Positions 12,101-23,406 are shown, counted from the first letter of the stretch. The stretch is 64,000 nucleotides of DNA from Escherichia coli (GCF_036507355.1 NZ_AP027877.1), one strand, 5' to 3'. Translations and numbers: made by a program. Notes: generated by a model from the sequence alone, not told the origin.

Positions 12101-12997
12101 ATGACAGACACACACTATATTGGCCGCTTCGCCCCCTCTCCTTCCGGCGAGCTTCATTTTGGTTCTCTGATTGCTGCGCTTGGCAGCTATTTGCAGGCTC
12201 GCGCCCGGCAAGGTCGCTGGCTGGTACGCATAGAAGATATCGACCCGCCTCGTGAAGTTCCCGGTGCCGCAGAAACTATCCTGCGCCAGCTGGAACATTA
12301 CGGTCTGCACTGGGACGGCGATGTTCTCTGGCAATCGCAACGTCACGATGCCTATCGTGAAGCACTCGCCTGGTTACATGAACAAGGACTAAGTTATTAC
12401 TGCACCTGCACGCGTGCGCGTATTCAAAGCATTGGCGGTATTTACGACGGTCATTGCCGGGTGTTGCATCATGGACCAGACAACGCCGCAGTGCGTATCC
12501 GCCAGCAGCATCCGGTCACGCAATTTACTGACCAGCTGCGCGGCATTATTCACGCCGACGAAAAACTGGCACGGGAAGATTTTATTATTCATCGCCGTGA
12601 TGGTTTGTTTGCCTATAACCTGGCGGTGGTGGTGGATGATCACTTCCAGGGCGTGAGCGAAATTGTCCGCGGGGCAGATTTGATCGAACCGACAGTGCGG
12701 CAAATCTCGCTGTACCAGCTTTTTGGCTGGAAAGTGCCAGATTACATTCATCTGCCGCTGGCGCTTAATCCACAAGGCGCTAAACTTTCCAAGCAGAATC
12801 ATGCGCCTGCGTTGCCGAAAGGTGATCCACGCCCGGTACTAATCGCGGCACTTCAATTTCTGGGGCAGCAGGCAGAAGCACACTGGCAGGATTTCAGCGT
12901 CGAGCAAATCCTTCAGTCAGCCGTCAAAAACTGGCGGCTTACCGCAGTGCCTGAGTCGGCAATTGTAAATTCAACATTCTCAAATGCGTCATGCTGA
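12101..12997 (+). CDS. gluQ: Glutamyl-queuosine tRNA(Asp) synthetase (GluRS paralog)
   Basis: ORF track 12071..12997 (308 aa); ATG 12071 sits in the terminator loop, ATG 12101 ([22 protein letters not shown]) gives 298 aa; class I HIGH-like motif. Confidence 0.85.
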   Translation: MTDTHYIGRFAPSPSGELHFGSLIAALGSYLQARARQGRWLVRIEDIDPPREVPGAAETILRQLEHYGLHWDGDVLWQSQRHDAYREALAWLHEQGLSYYCTCTRARIQSIGGIYDGHCRVLHHGPDNAAVRIRQQHPVTQFTDQLRGIIHADEKLAREDFIIHRRDGLFAYNLAVVVDDHFQGVSEIVRGADLIEPTVRQISLYQLFGWKVPDYIHLPLALNPQGAKLSKQNHAPALPKGDPRPVLIAALQFLGQQAEAHWQDFSVEQILQSAVKNWRLTAVPESAIVNSTFSNASC

Positions 12998-13056
12998 GCT
13001 ATGATTAGCCGCTATTTTTTTGTCCTGAATGATGTTTGACACTACCGAGGTGTACT

Positions 13057-14454
13057 ATTTTTACCCGAGTCGCTAATTTTTGCCGCAAGGTGCTAAGCCG
13101 CGAGGAAAGCGAGGCTGAACAGGCAGTCGCCCGTCCACAGGTGACGGTGATCCCGCGTGAGCAGCATGCTATTTCCCGCAAAGATATCAGTGAAAATGCC
13201 CTGAAGGTAATGTACAGGCTCAATAAAGCGGGATACGAAGCCTGGCTGGTTGGCGGCGGCGTGCGCGACCTGTTACTTGGCAAAAAGCCGAAAGACTTTG
13301 ACGTAACCACTAACGCCACGCCTGAGCAGGTGCGCAAACTGTTCCGTAACTGCCGCCTGGTGGGTCGCCGTTTCCGTCTGGCTCATGTGATGTTTGGCCC
13401 GGAGATTATCGAAGTTGCGACCTTCCGTGGACACCACGAAGGTAACGTCAGCGACCGCACGACCTCCCAACGCGGGCAAAACGGCATGTTGCTGCGCGAC
13501 AACATTTTCGGCTCCATCGAAGAAGACGCCCAGCGCCGCGATTTCACTATCAACAGCCTGTATTACAGCGTAGCGGATTTTACCGTCCGTGATTACGTTG
13601 GCGGTATGAAGGATCTGAAGGACGGCGTTATCCGTCTGATTGGTAACCCGGAAACGCGCTACCGTGAAGATCCGGTACGTATGCTGCGCGCAGTACGTTT
13701 TGCCGCCAAATTGGGTATGCGCATCAGCCCGGAAACCGCAGAACCGATCCCTCGCCTCGCTACCCTGCTGAACGATATCCCACCGGCACGCCTGTTTGAA
13801 GAATCGCTTAAACTGCTACAAGCGGGCTACGGTTACGAAACCTATAAGCTGCTGTGTGAATATCATCTGTTCCAGCCGCTGTTCCCGACCATTACCCGCT
13901 ACTTCACGGAAAATGGCGACAGCCCGATGGAGCGGATCATTGAACAGGTGCTGAAGAATACCGATACGCGTATCCATAACGATATGCGCGTGAACCCGGC
14001 GTTCCTGTTTGCCGCCATGTTCTGGTACCCACTGCTGGAGACGGCACAGAAGATCGCCCAGGAAAGCGGCCTGACCTATCACGACGCTTTCGCGCTGGCG
14101 ATGAACGACGTGCTGGACGAAGCCTGCCGTTCACTGGCAATCCCGAAACGTCTGACGACGTTAACCCGCGATATCTGGCAGTTGCAGTTGCGTATGTCCC
14201 GACGTCAGGGTAAACGTGCATGGAAACTGCTGGAGCATCCTAAGTTCCGTGCGGCTTATGACCTGTTGGCCTTGCGAGCTGAAGTTGAACGTAACGCTGA
14301 ACTGCAGCGTCTGGTGAAATGGTGGGGTGAGTTCCAGGTTTCCGCGCCACCAGACCAAAAAGGGATGCTCAACGAGCTGGATGAAGAACCGTCACCGCGT
14401 CGTCGTACTCGTCGTCCACGCAAACGCGCACCACGTCGTGAGGGTACCGCATGA
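13057..14454 (+). CDS. pcnB: Poly(A) polymerase I
   Basis: ORF track 13036..14454; known PAP I N-terminus ([12 protein letters not shown]...) begins at ATT 13057-13059; C-terminal basic tail; stop overlaps folK start (ATGA). Confidence 0.85.
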
Positions 14455-14930
14455 CAGTGGCGTATATTGCCATAGGCAGCAATCTGGCCTCTCCGCTGGA
14501 GCAGGTCAATGCTGCCCTGAAAGCATTAGGCGATATCCCTGAAAGCCACATTCTTGCCGTTTCTTCGTTTTACCGCACTCCACCGCTGGGGCCGCAAGAT
14601 CAACCCGATTACTTAAATGCAGCCGTAGCGCTGGAAACCTCTCTTGCCCCTGAAGAGCTACTCAATCACACTCAGCGTATTGAGTTACAACAAGGTCGCG
14701 TCCGTAAAGCGGAACGCTGGGGACCGCGCACGCTGGATCTCGACATCATGCTGTTTGGTAATGAAGTAATAAATACCGAACGCCTGACCGTTCCGCACTA
14801 CGATATGAAGAATCGTGGATTTATGCTGTGGCCGCTGTTTGAAATCGCGCCGGAGTTGGTGTTTCCTGATGGGGAGACGTTGCGTGAAATTTTACATGCA
14901 AGAAAATTTAGTAAATTAAACCAGTGGTAA
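14451..14930 (+). CDS. folK: 2-amino-4-hydroxy-6-hydroxymethyldihydropteridine pyrophosphokinase (HPPK)
   Basis: ORF track 159 aa, [19 protein letters not shown]... Confidence 0.93.
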
Positions 14931-15076
14931 TTTATTAATTTCGTGAATATAAATAATTTCCGAAAATCACATCATTCCAATTCCCAAACCAATCCTATTA
15001 GAGTAGACACTAGCTACATCAATTAATATTTAAATGCATCCTACCCATCTCCTTACACGAAACATCTCCATTTTGA

Positions 15077-15117
15077 AATTTAAATTTACTTAACCCTGAT
15101 TTAAGTAAATTTAAATT
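15077..15117. promoter_or_regulatory. Perfect 17-bp inverted repeat (aatttaaatttacttaa / ttaagtaaatttaaatt) with 7-bp spacer, upstream of yadN
   Basis: Read directly; lies in the 360-bp AT-rich spacer about 175 bp before the yadN start. Confidence 0.35.
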
Positions 15118-15290
15118 GCTCAAGTAACTTTAAAATGCACAATATGCGTCCTAATGAGGAATGATTGTAAATTTAGGTAACAAACAATCATTTCTCATTA
15201 ATGTTTGAATATATCTTTATATATTTGAGCCATGAATAGTCATACTTCAAATTAATGAACTACCTTATGGAATATTATTCAAGGATTATT

Positions 15291-15875
15291 ATGTCGAAAA
15301 AATTAGGTTTTGCGCTGTCCGGCTTGATGTTAGCAATGGTTGCTGGTAATGCTTCTGCAGCACTGGACGGTGGCCAATTAAATATCAGCGGTCTGGTAGT
15401 TGATAACACCTGTGAAACCCGTGTTGATGGTGGCAACAAAGATGGCCTGGTGCTGCTGCAAACTGCAACTGTTAGTGAAATCACTGCAGGCGTACTGAAT
15501 GACACCGTAGGTGCTAAAGCTAAACCTTTCAGCATCACCGTTGACTGCAGCAATGCGAACCCGAATCCTGGTAGCACTGCTAAAATGACCTTCGGTTCCG
15601 TGTTCTTTGGCAATAGCAAAGGGACTCTGAACAACGATATGTCTATTAATACCCCGGCTGATGGTGTAAATATTGCCCTGCACAATATTGATGGTTCTAC
15701 TATCAAACAGGTTCAAATTAACAACCCAGGTGATGCTTACATTAAAACCATGGATGCAACCTCAAAAACTGCAACTTTTGATTTTAAAGCATCCTATGTT
15801 CGTGCTGAAACAAGCACAGCACCAACTGCTGGTTATGTTAAAACCAACACTGCATATACCATTACTTACCAGTAA
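15291..15875 (+). CDS. yadN: Fimbrial major subunit (chaperone-usher fimbriae)
   Basis: ATG 15291 ([23 protein letters not shown] signal peptide), 194 aa; pilin-like C-terminus. Confidence 0.85.
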   Translation: MSKKLGFALSGLMLAMVAGNASAALDGGQLNISGLVVDNTCETRVDGGNKDGLVLLQTATVSEITAGVLNDTVGAKAKPFSITVDCSNANPNPGSTAKMTFGSVFFGNSKGTLNNDMSINTPADGVNIALHNIDGSTIKQVQINNPGDAYIKTMDATSKTATFDFKASYVRAETSTAPTAGYVKTNTAYTITYQ

Positions 15876-15980
15876 TCATTCGTTAGATTCATAAAACGAA
15901 TATATTTGGGAGATAACATTCAACTTACTTAGTAGTGGAATATTACTCCCTATTTTAATTAACTCTGTCAGGAATGGTTT

Positions 15981-16721
15981 ATGTTTTTAAACGCTAAACA
16001 TACTGCAGCATTATGTTTCGCCGCTTGTATGAGTTTGAGTACATCGGCAATAGCAGATATCGTAATTTCAGGAACTCGCGTAATTTATAAAAGCGATCAA
16101 AAAAGCGTGAACGTTCGTCTGGAAAATAAAGGGAATAATCCGTTACTTGTTCAGAGCTGGCTGGATACTGGCGACGACAGTGCTGAACCGGGGAGCATTA
16201 AAGTTCCATTTACCGCCACCCCACCGGTTTCACGTATTGATGCCAAACGTGGTCAAACCATTAAATTGATGTACACGGCTTCTTCGCCTCTGCCAAAAGA
16301 CAGAGAAAGTGTTTTCTGGTTTAACGTACTTGAAGTTCCACCCAAGCCTGACGCCGATAAAGTCGCTAATCAGAGCCTTCTGCAATTAGCTTTCCGTACG
16401 CGTATCAAACTGTTTTATCGCCCGGAAGGTTTAAACGGACTGCCAACTGATGCACCAGCTGCACTGAAATGGTCATGGACAACCTCTGCTGGCAAAACTG
16501 CATTGCGCGTCGCAAATCCGACGCCGTATCACGTGTCATTCAGTAGTGGTGATTTAGTCGCCAATGGCAAAACCTACCCACTGGACGTCAAAATGGTGGC
16601 CCCGCTGAGTGAAGAAACCTTCTACATAAAAGGCATGAGTGGTAAAGCAAGTTCGGCAAAAGTGCATTTCTTCGCCATAAATGACTTTGGTGGCGCAATT
16701 GAAGGCAATGCCAGCCTGTAA
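15981..16721 (+). CDS. yadV: Periplasmic fimbrial chaperone (PapD-like)
   Basis: ORF track 246 aa; signal peptide; also named ecpD in K-12. Confidence 0.85.
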   Translation: MFLNAKHTAALCFAACMSLSTSAIADIVISGTRVIYKSDQKSVNVRLENKGNNPLLVQSWLDTGDDSAEPGSIKVPFTATPPVSRIDAKRGQTIKLMYTASSPLPKDRESVFWFNVLEVPPKPDADKVANQSLLQLAFRTRIKLFYRPEGLNGLPTDAPAALKWSWTTSAGKTALRVANPTPYHVSFSSGDLVANGKTYPLDVKMVAPLSEETFYIKGMSGKASSAKVHFFAINDFGGAIEGNASL

Positions 16722-16755
16722 CTAAATCAGGAATAAACGCAGCAGGAAGCACAAC

Positions 16756-19356
16756 GTGTCCAGAAAAATCATAAAAACGCATAATAACAAACTTACTTAT
16801 ATAGCCTCGTTTTGCGCATTGCTGTTAAGCCCCTGTGCCATAAGCGCTGAACACGTTGAATATGATAATACCTTTTTGATGGGGCAAGATGCTTCTAACA
16901 TCGACCTTAGTCGGTATACCGAAGGTAACCCTACCTTGCCCGGCGTGTATGACGTCAGTGTTTATGTCAACGATCAACCAGTTATCAGCCAAAGCATCTC
17001 CTTTATTACCCTCGAAGGTAAGAAAAATGCGCAGGCTTGTATCACGCTGAAGAATTTATTGCAATTTCACATTAACCAGCCTGATATAAAAGACGAGAAT
17101 GCCATCCTTCTTCAACGAGAAGAAGAGCTAGGGGACTGTCTCGATCTGGGGAATGTTATTCCTCAAGCTTCCGTTCATTACGACGTTAATGATCAACGAC
17201 TGGACATCAACGTTCCTCAAGCCTGGGTAATGAAGAATTACCAAAACTATGTTGATCCATCATTGTGGGAAAACGGTATTAACGCTGCAATGCTGTCCTA
17301 CAATGTCAACGCATATCACAGCGAAATACCAGACAGAAAAAACGACAGTGTTTATGCGGCATTTAACGGCGGTATAAATCTGGGGGCATGGCGGCTTCGT
17401 GCCACCGGTAACTACAACTGGATGACCGATGCAGGCACTAATTACGATTTTCAAAATCGCTATTTGCAGCGCGACCTGGCCTCTTTGCGTTCACAGTTAG
17501 TTGTGGGTGAGTCATACACAACTGGGGAAACCTTTGATTCTGTCAGTATTCGCGGTGTTCGCTTATACAGTGACAGCCGAATGCTACCACCTACATTAGC
17601 CAGTTTTGCGCCAATTATTCATGGTGTTGCTAACACCAACGCAAAAGTCACCATTACCCAGGGTGGTTATAAAATCTATGAAACTACCGTGCCGCCGGGC
17701 GCATTTGTCATTGATGATGTAAGCCCATCAGGCTACGGCAGCGATCTCATTGTCACAATCGAAGAGTCTGATGGCACAAAGCGAACTTTTTCCCAGCCAT
17801 TTTCTTCGGTCGTTCAGATGTTACGTCCAGGTGTGGGAAGATGGGACATCAGTGCAGGTAAGATCTTAAAAGACGATATTCAAAATGAGCCTAATTTGTT
17901 CCAGGCCAGTTATTACTATGGTCTGAACAACCTCCTGACGGGGTATACCGGTATTCAGATTACCGATAATAACTATACTGCCGGGCTGCTTGGTCTTGGT
18001 CTGAATACCACATACGGTGCGTTTTCAGTCGATGTAACCCATTCAGATGTGCAAATTCCGGATGATAAAACCTACCGGGGGCAAAGCTATCGCCTTTCCT
18101 GGAATAAGTTATTTGAAGATACCAGAACTTCGCTCAATATCGCGGCTTACCGTTATTCTACCCAGAATTATCTGGGGCTTAACGATGCCCTGACACTGAT
18201 CGACGAAGTAAAACATCCTGAACAGGACCTGGAACCTAAAAATATGCGTAACTATTCTCGCATGAAAAATCAGGTTACGGTCAGTATTAACCAACCGCTG
18301 AAATATGGAAAGGAAGACTACGGCTCATTCTATCTTTCCGGAAGTTGGTCTGATTATTGGGCTTCCGGTCAAAATAATACCAATTACTCCCTCGGCTACA
18401 GTAACAGCGCATCGTGGGGCAGCTACAGCATTAGTGCTCAGCGCTCCCGGGATCAAGACGGCGATAATGAAGATAGCATCTATCTAAGCTTTAGTATTCC
18501 TATCGAAAAATTACTGGGTACAGAACATCGTAATTCTGGTTTTCAGACCATTGATACTCAGTTAAGTAGTGATTTCGATGGCAGCAACCAACTCAGTATC
18601 AGTAGTAGTGGTTTTAGCGACGATAACCGTATCAGTTATAGCGTCAATACGGGCTATTCGATGATGAAGTCCAGCGATGATTTGAGCTATATCGGTGGGT
18701 ATGCGAGCTATGAATCTCCCTGGGGAACACTTGCCAGTTCAGTTTCCGCCAGCAGCGATAATAGCCGTCAGATCTCATTTAATACCGATGGTGGATTTGT
18801 TTTGCATAGCGGCGGCCTGACCTTCAGTAATGATAGCTTCAGCGATTCCGATACTTTGGCGGTTATACAAGCGCCAGGAGCTAAAGGGGCACGCATTAAC
18901 TATGGTAATAGCACGGTAGACCGTTGGGGATATGGCGTTACTAATGCACTTTCGCCATACCATGAAAACCGAATTGCACTCGATATTAACGGTCTCGAAA
19001 ATGACGTTGAGCTGAAAAGTACCAGTGCTGTTGCCGTACCACGCCAGGGGTCTGTTGTCTTTGCTGGTTTTGAAACTGTCCAGGGGCAATCGGCTATCAT
19101 GAACATCAAGCGTACAGATGGTAAAAACATTCCGTTTGCCGCTGATATTTATGACGAAAACGGCAATATCATTGGTAACGTTGGGCAAGGTGGTCAGGCC
19201 TTTGTTCGAGGTATAGAACAACAAGGCAATATACGAATCAACTGGCTTGACGAGGGTAAACCTGTTACTTGCCTTGCTCATTACCAACAGAGCGCAGCAC
19301 CAGAAAAAATAGCGCAATCTATTATTTTGAATGGAATTAGTTGTCAGATTCAGTAA
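16756..19356 (+). CDS. htrE: Outer-membrane fimbrial usher
   Basis: ORF track 866 aa, GTG start at 16756; usher-sized beta-barrel protein. Confidence 0.85.
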   Translation: MSRKIIKTHNNKLTYIASFCALLLSPCAISAEHVEYDNTFLMGQDASNIDLSRYTEGNPTLPGVYDVSVYVNDQPVISQSISFITLEGKKNAQACITLKNLLQFHINQPDIKDENAILLQREEELGDCLDLGNVIPQASVHYDVNDQRLDINVPQAWVMKNYQNYVDPSLWENGINAAMLSYNVNAYHSEIPDRKNDSVYAAFNGGINLGAWRLRATGNYNWMTDAGTNYDFQNRYLQRDLASLRSQLVVGESYTTGETFDSVSIRGVRLYSDSRMLPPTLASFAPIIHGVANTNAKVTITQGGYKIYETTVPPGAFVIDDVSPSGYGSDLIVTIEESDGTKRTFSQPFSSVVQMLRPGVGRWDISAGKILKDDIQNEPNLFQASYYYGLNNLLTGYTGIQITDNNYTAGLLGLGLNTTYGAFSVDVTHSDVQIPDDKTYRGQSYRLSWNKLFEDTRTSLNIAAYRYSTQNYLGLNDALTLIDEVKHPEQDLEPKNMRNYSRMKNQVTVSINQPLKYGKEDYGSFYLSGSWSDYWASGQNNTNYSLGYSNSASWGSYSISAQRSRDQDGDNEDSIYLSFSIPIEKLLGTEHRNSGFQTIDTQLSSDFDGSNQLSISSSGFSDDNRISYSVNTGYSMMKSSDDLSYIGGYASYESPWGTLASSVSASSDNSRQISFNTDGGFVLHSGGLTFSNDSFSDSDTLAVIQAPGAKGARINYGNSTVDRWGYGVTNALSPYHENRIALDINGLENDVELKSTSAVAVPRQGSVVFAGFETVQGQSAIMNIKRTDGKNIPFAADIYDENGNIIGNVGQGGQAFVRGIEQQGNIRINWLDEGKPVTCLAHYQQSAAPEKIAQSIILNGISCQIQ

Positions 19357-19375
19357 CAACAGGGAATTTCACATA

Positions 19376-19945
19376 ATGAGAATAACACTGCATAAATTGG
19401 CAATACTGACGGGATTATTTTTATCATCCTCTGTACTTGCAACAGACATTAATGTTGATTTTACAGCAACCGTAAAAGCATCAACTTGTAATATTACGCT
19501 AACAGGTAACAATGTCACCAGTGACGGGAATGACACCTACACACTAACATTCCCTGGTACTATTGGCCTGGATAAAATTGCAAATAAAACTACTCAGGCA
19601 CAGGCGAATTTTAATCTGGTTGCCAGCGGTTGTACCACAGGCGTCAGTAAAATCACCACCAAACTCAGTGGAAGTGCTTCGGGAAGTTCACCCGCATTAA
19701 TCATTCCGTCAACTTCCGACACTACATCAACCACCGATTATATTGGTATGGGTATAAAAAGAATTGATACTGATGATTCGACATTTTTAACCCCAAACAG
19801 TGCACAAAGCATTATATGGAGTGGAACAGAAATTAGCAGCACTGAGGGTCTTAAACTGACCGTTGCATTGCGCGAAACCAGTGCTGGCAGGGGCGTTCCT
19901 GGCGATTTCCGCGCCCAGGCAACATTCAATTTCATTTATGAATAA
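19376..19945 (+). CDS. yadM: Fimbrial minor subunit
   Basis: ATG 19376 (MRITLHKLAILTGLFLSSSVLA), 189 aa inside ORF track 19331..19945. Confidence 0.8.
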   Translation: MRITLHKLAILTGLFLSSSVLATDINVDFTATVKASTCNITLTGNNVTSDGNDTYTLTFPGTIGLDKIANKTTQAQANFNLVASGCTTGVSKITTKLSGSASGSSPALIIPSTSDTTSTTDYIGMGIKRIDTDDSTFLTPNSAQSIIWSGTEISSTEGLKLTVALRETSAGRGVPGDFRAQATFNFIYE

Positions 19946-19959
19946 CAGGGATGATAATA

Positions 19960-20565
19960 ATGAAATCTAAAACATTACGTTATGGACTGCCTGCTGGTAT
20001 TATTTTGACGGCATCCCTATTCACCAGCCAATTGTTTGCAGCGACAGATAACGTTAAGCTGAATGTTAAAGCAACCGTAGAGATGGGAACCTGTACCGCC
20101 AGCCTGGTGGATGACAATGATCAACCTTTAACTGTTGTTGCATTTGGTGACGCTTATATTCCTGAAATTGATGCCAAAACAAAAATTAAAACTTTTAAGT
20201 TACAGTTTAAGGACTGTGCAGGCGTTCCTAATAAAAAGGCCTTGGTCAAATTAACTAAACGCGCAACGTGTGAAGGAACGGCCAACGATGGGCCTGGATT
20301 TGCAAACGGCTCCGCTGCGGCTGATAAAGCAAGCGCTGTGGCGGTTGAAGTATGGAGTACCACGGCACCCGCTACAGGTGGCGCGACTCAATTTAGCTGT
20401 GTAACACCGGTCGCTCAGGAAGTGAATATCTCCGCTGCAACAGGAAATACATCGGTATATCATCCTATGAGTGCACGCCTGGTGGTAGAGAAAAATAAAA
20501 GCAGTACCGACATCACTGCCGGTCCGTTTTCGGCACCTGCGACATTTTCTATCACCTATAACTAA
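19960..20565 (+). CDS. yadL: Fimbrial minor subunit
   Basis: ATG 19960 (MKSKTLRYGLPAGIILTASLFTSQLFA), 201 aa. Confidence 0.8.
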   Translation: MKSKTLRYGLPAGIILTASLFTSQLFAATDNVKLNVKATVEMGTCTASLVDDNDQPLTVVAFGDAYIPEIDAKTKIKTFKLQFKDCAGVPNKKALVKLTKRATCEGTANDGPGFANGSAAADKASAVAVEVWSTTAPATGGATQFSCVTPVAQEVNISAATGNTSVYHPMSARLVVEKNKSSTDITAGPFSAPATFSITYN

Positions 20566-20591
20566 CAGGCCATTAAAGTCAGGGACCGATT

Positions 20592-21188
20592 ATGCTTTCC
20601 TCTCAACTAAAAATTAAGATAAAAACAAGTCTGTTCCTGGCATTATTGTTTGCCACATCCAGCCCTGTATATGCAGGACTGGATGTGGATATGGTTGCCA
20701 ATATCAAGAACAGTACATGTAAAAGTGGCCTCAGCAACCTTGGTAATATCGACCTTGGTGTGGTGGGTGTGGAGTATTTTTCTGGTAATGTCACGGCTGA
20801 AGACAATTATCCCGGCGGGAGAGAGTTCACTGTCACTGTGACTGACTGCGCCATCCAGGGTTCTGGAAATGTGTTAAATCAGTTACATATTAACTTTAAA
20901 CCACTCAATGGCGTGATGGCGACTGGCTCTCAGCAAATTTTTGCAAATGAAAATGTCGCCGGGGCTCAAAACGTAGGTGTAGTCATATTTTCCATTCAGG
21001 ATCCGGCTAATACATTTAATGTTCTTAATCCAGCGGGCAGTTCTCGTTCAATTTATCCGGTGATGACGGCTGATTTAAACAATTCATCCTGGAAATTCTA
21101 CACACGAATGCAAAAAATTAACCCAGCGCTAAATATCGCATCGGGTCAGGTCAAAAGCACTGTGCTGATTGATATTTATTATGAATAG
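20592..21188 (+). CDS. yadK: Fimbrial minor subunit
   Basis: ORF track 198 aa with signal peptide. Confidence 0.8.
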   Translation: MLSSQLKIKIKTSLFLALLFATSSPVYAGLDVDMVANIKNSTCKSGLSNLGNIDLGVVGVEYFSGNVTAEDNYPGGREFTVTVTDCAIQGSGNVLNQLHINFKPLNGVMATGSQQIFANENVAGAQNVGVVIFSIQDPANTFNVLNPAGSSRSIYPVMTADLNNSSWKFYTRMQKINPALNIASGQVKSTVLIDIYYE

Positions 21189-21228
21189 TCTCATGCATAA
21201 GAAATATAACTAAACACACATATTGGGA

Positions 21229-22488
21229 ATGATACAAATGAGAGCCATTCTTAACCACTTAATTTTATTATTATTTATATCCAGTTTTTCGCTCTATGCT
21301 GCCAACAATACAATATTTGTCGTTGGAGCAGGAAACGCCGATAGTTTTGCTGGTCCTTCTGGCAATGGAAGAGCAACATTCCGCTATTCGACGGCCAGTA
21401 ATAATTTAGTATTTTATAAACCAACCGGACCTGGCGTTGTTAAAACAAATGTAAAACTCTACTGGTCACAACTCGACACAGCAAGCGGGGGGAATACAGG
21501 GCTTGTATATTGCAACAGGGCTGGCTCTGCCAGTGACGAACCCATTCTCATTAAGCCTAAAATGGTAGAGTCTGGTTTAACTTATGGCGGTAATAAGCTA
21601 TTTAAAACCTCCGTGACCGGCCTTTACTACACGCTAACTATTTCTAATATTTGGACAGCATGGGACACAACAACTAATATCTCTTCTATCGTTGTCGGTA
21701 ATCGCCCGGATGGTGAGTATGATGGTTTCCGTTTTCAGGTTAGTAATTCTTATGTTAATCAAGGCTGTAATAATGCCGGCACAACCAGTAAATATGCGGC
21801 CATTGGTGGCATAATGCAAAGCCTTACCATCGAATTTTATACCGATGGCACATTTGATCCGGTGCAAAATCAGAAAGTTACCTTATTACGTACTGCTGAC
21901 CACCTCTACGAATTTAAAACGGAAGGAGCAGGTGGCGGTATCAACGAACATAGCAAATCTATTTATGTCGATTTTGATTTGGTAAATATCACGATTACAT
22001 TACCGACCTGTTTTACTTCTGTTCTTACTGGAACATCTGTTAGTGGTTCTACGGTAAAAATGGGGGAATACACCTCTGAGGAAATTAAAAATGGAGCGAC
22101 ACCTGTTCCTTTCGATATTTCCCTGCAAAACTGTATACGGGTAAGAAATATTGAAACAAAGCTTGTTTCCGCAAAAGTTGGCACTGAGAACAGAAAACTA
22201 CTCGGTAATACTCTCACCGGTAATGATGCAGCAAAGGGAGTAGGTGTATTAGTTGAGGGCTTGCTATCCGTTAAAAGTCTGCAAATGGTTCTGGAGCCGA
22301 ATAACGCCTCTTCCGTGTATAAAGATTATGAGTATGAAGACGATGCAACTGAGGGGATATATCCCGATAAAGGAAACGGTACAACACAAGCACTCCATTT
22401 CCAGGCTACATTACAGCAGGATGGAACTATACCAATAGAATCAGGTGAGTTTAAAGCCACCAGTACTTTCCAGGTGACCTACCCTTAA
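21229..22488 (+). CDS. yadC: Fimbrial tip adhesin-like protein
   Basis: ORF track 21223..22488 (421 aa, TTG); ATG candidates at 21229 and 21238, exact start uncertain; signal peptide LILLLFISSFSLYA. Confidence 0.75.
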   Translation: MIQMRAILNHLILLLFISSFSLYAANNTIFVVGAGNADSFAGPSGNGRATFRYSTASNNLVFYKPTGPGVVKTNVKLYWSQLDTASGGNTGLVYCNRAGSASDEPILIKPKMVESGLTYGGNKLFKTSVTGLYYTLTISNIWTAWDTTTNISSIVVGNRPDGEYDGFRFQVSNSYVNQGCNNAGTTSKYAAIGGIMQSLTIEFYTDGTFDPVQNQKVTLLRTADHLYEFKTEGAGGGINEHSKSIYVDFDLVNITITLPTCFTSVLTGTSVSGSTVKMGEYTSEEIKNGATPVPFDISLQNCIRVRNIETKLVSAKVGTENRKLLGNTLTGNDAAKGVGVLVEGLLSVKSLQMVLEPNNASSVYKDYEYEDDATEGIYPDKGNGTTQALHFQATLQQDGTIPIESGEFKATSTFQVTYP

Positions 22489-22495
22489 TAAGCCC

Positions 22496-22524
22496 ACCGC
22501 ACCGCCATCATCTGGCGGTGCGGT
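22496..22524 (+). terminator. GC-rich stem-loop after yadC (11-bp perfect stem accgcaccgcc/ggcggtgcggt)
   Basis: Read directly; weak U tract (aattgat), possible operon terminator. Confidence 0.4.
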
Positions 22525-22600
22525 AATTGATAAATCATTGCCCCCACCAATGTGACTGATAAAATGCCAGGTAACACGACATCATTTATCAGGACACGTT

Positions 22601-23395
22601 ATGAAACCGACCACCATTGCTTCATTGCAAAAATGCAAACAGGAAAAAAAACGTTTCGCGACCATCACCGCTTACGACTATAGCTTCGCCAAACTCTTTG
22701 CCGATGAAGGACTTAATGTCATGCTGGTAGGCGACTCGCTGGGCATGACGGTTCAGGGGCACGACTCCACCCTGCCAGTTACCGTTGCTGATATCGCCTA
22801 CCACACTGCCGCCGTACGTCGTGGCGCGCCAAACTGCCTGTTGTTGGCTGACCTGCCGTTTATGGCGTATGCCACGCCGGAACAAGCTTTTGAAAACGCC
22901 GCAACGGTTATGCGTGCCGGTGCTAACATGGTCAAAATTGAAGGCGGTGAGTGGCTGGTCGAAACCGTAAAAATGCTGACCGAACGTGCCGTTCCTGTAT
23001 GTGGTCACTTAGGTTTAACCCCACAGTCAGTGAATATTTTCGGTGGCTACAAAGTTCAGGGGCGCGGCGATGAAGCGAGCGATCGACTGCTTAGCGATGC
23101 ATTAGCCTTAGAAGCCGCTGGTGCACAGTTGCTGGTGCTGGAATGCGTTCCGGTTGAACTGGCAAAACGTATTACCGAAGCACTGGCGATCCCGGTTATT
23201 GGCATTGGCGCAGGCAACGTCACTGACGGGCAGATCCTCGTGATGCACGATGCGTTCGGCATTACCGGCGGCCATATCCCTAAATTTGCCAAAAATTTCC
23301 TCGCTGAAACGGGCGACATCCGCGCGGCTGTGCGGCAGTATATGGCTGAAGTGGAGTCCGGCGTTTATCCGGGCGAAGAACACAGTTTCCATTAA
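22601..23395 (+). CDS. panB: 3-methyl-2-oxobutanoate hydroxymethyltransferase
   Basis: ORF track 264 aa, [33 protein letters not shown]... Confidence 0.95.
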   Translation: MKPTTIASLQKCKQEKKRFATITAYDYSFAKLFADEGLNVMLVGDSLGMTVQGHDSTLPVTVADIAYHTAAVRRGAPNCLLLADLPFMAYATPEQAFENAATVMRAGANMVKIEGGEWLVETVKMLTERAVPVCGHLGLTPQSVNIFGGYKVQGRGDEASDRLLSDALALEAAGAQLLVLECVPVELAKRITEALAIPVIGIGAGNVTDGQILVMHDAFGITGGHIPKFAKNFLAETGDIRAAVRQYMAEVESGVYPGEEHSFH

Positions 23396-23406
23396 GGAGT
23401 GACGTT

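Noticed and set aside
14931-15290. AT-rich block as a horizontally acquired island boundary or integration site
   Set aside because: No tRNA, integrase or direct repeats flank it; better explained as the promoter region of the yad operon
15255-22488. yad fimbrial operon as a novel system
   Set aside because: Gene order and protein sequences match the known cryptic yad chaperone-usher operon of E. coli; not new
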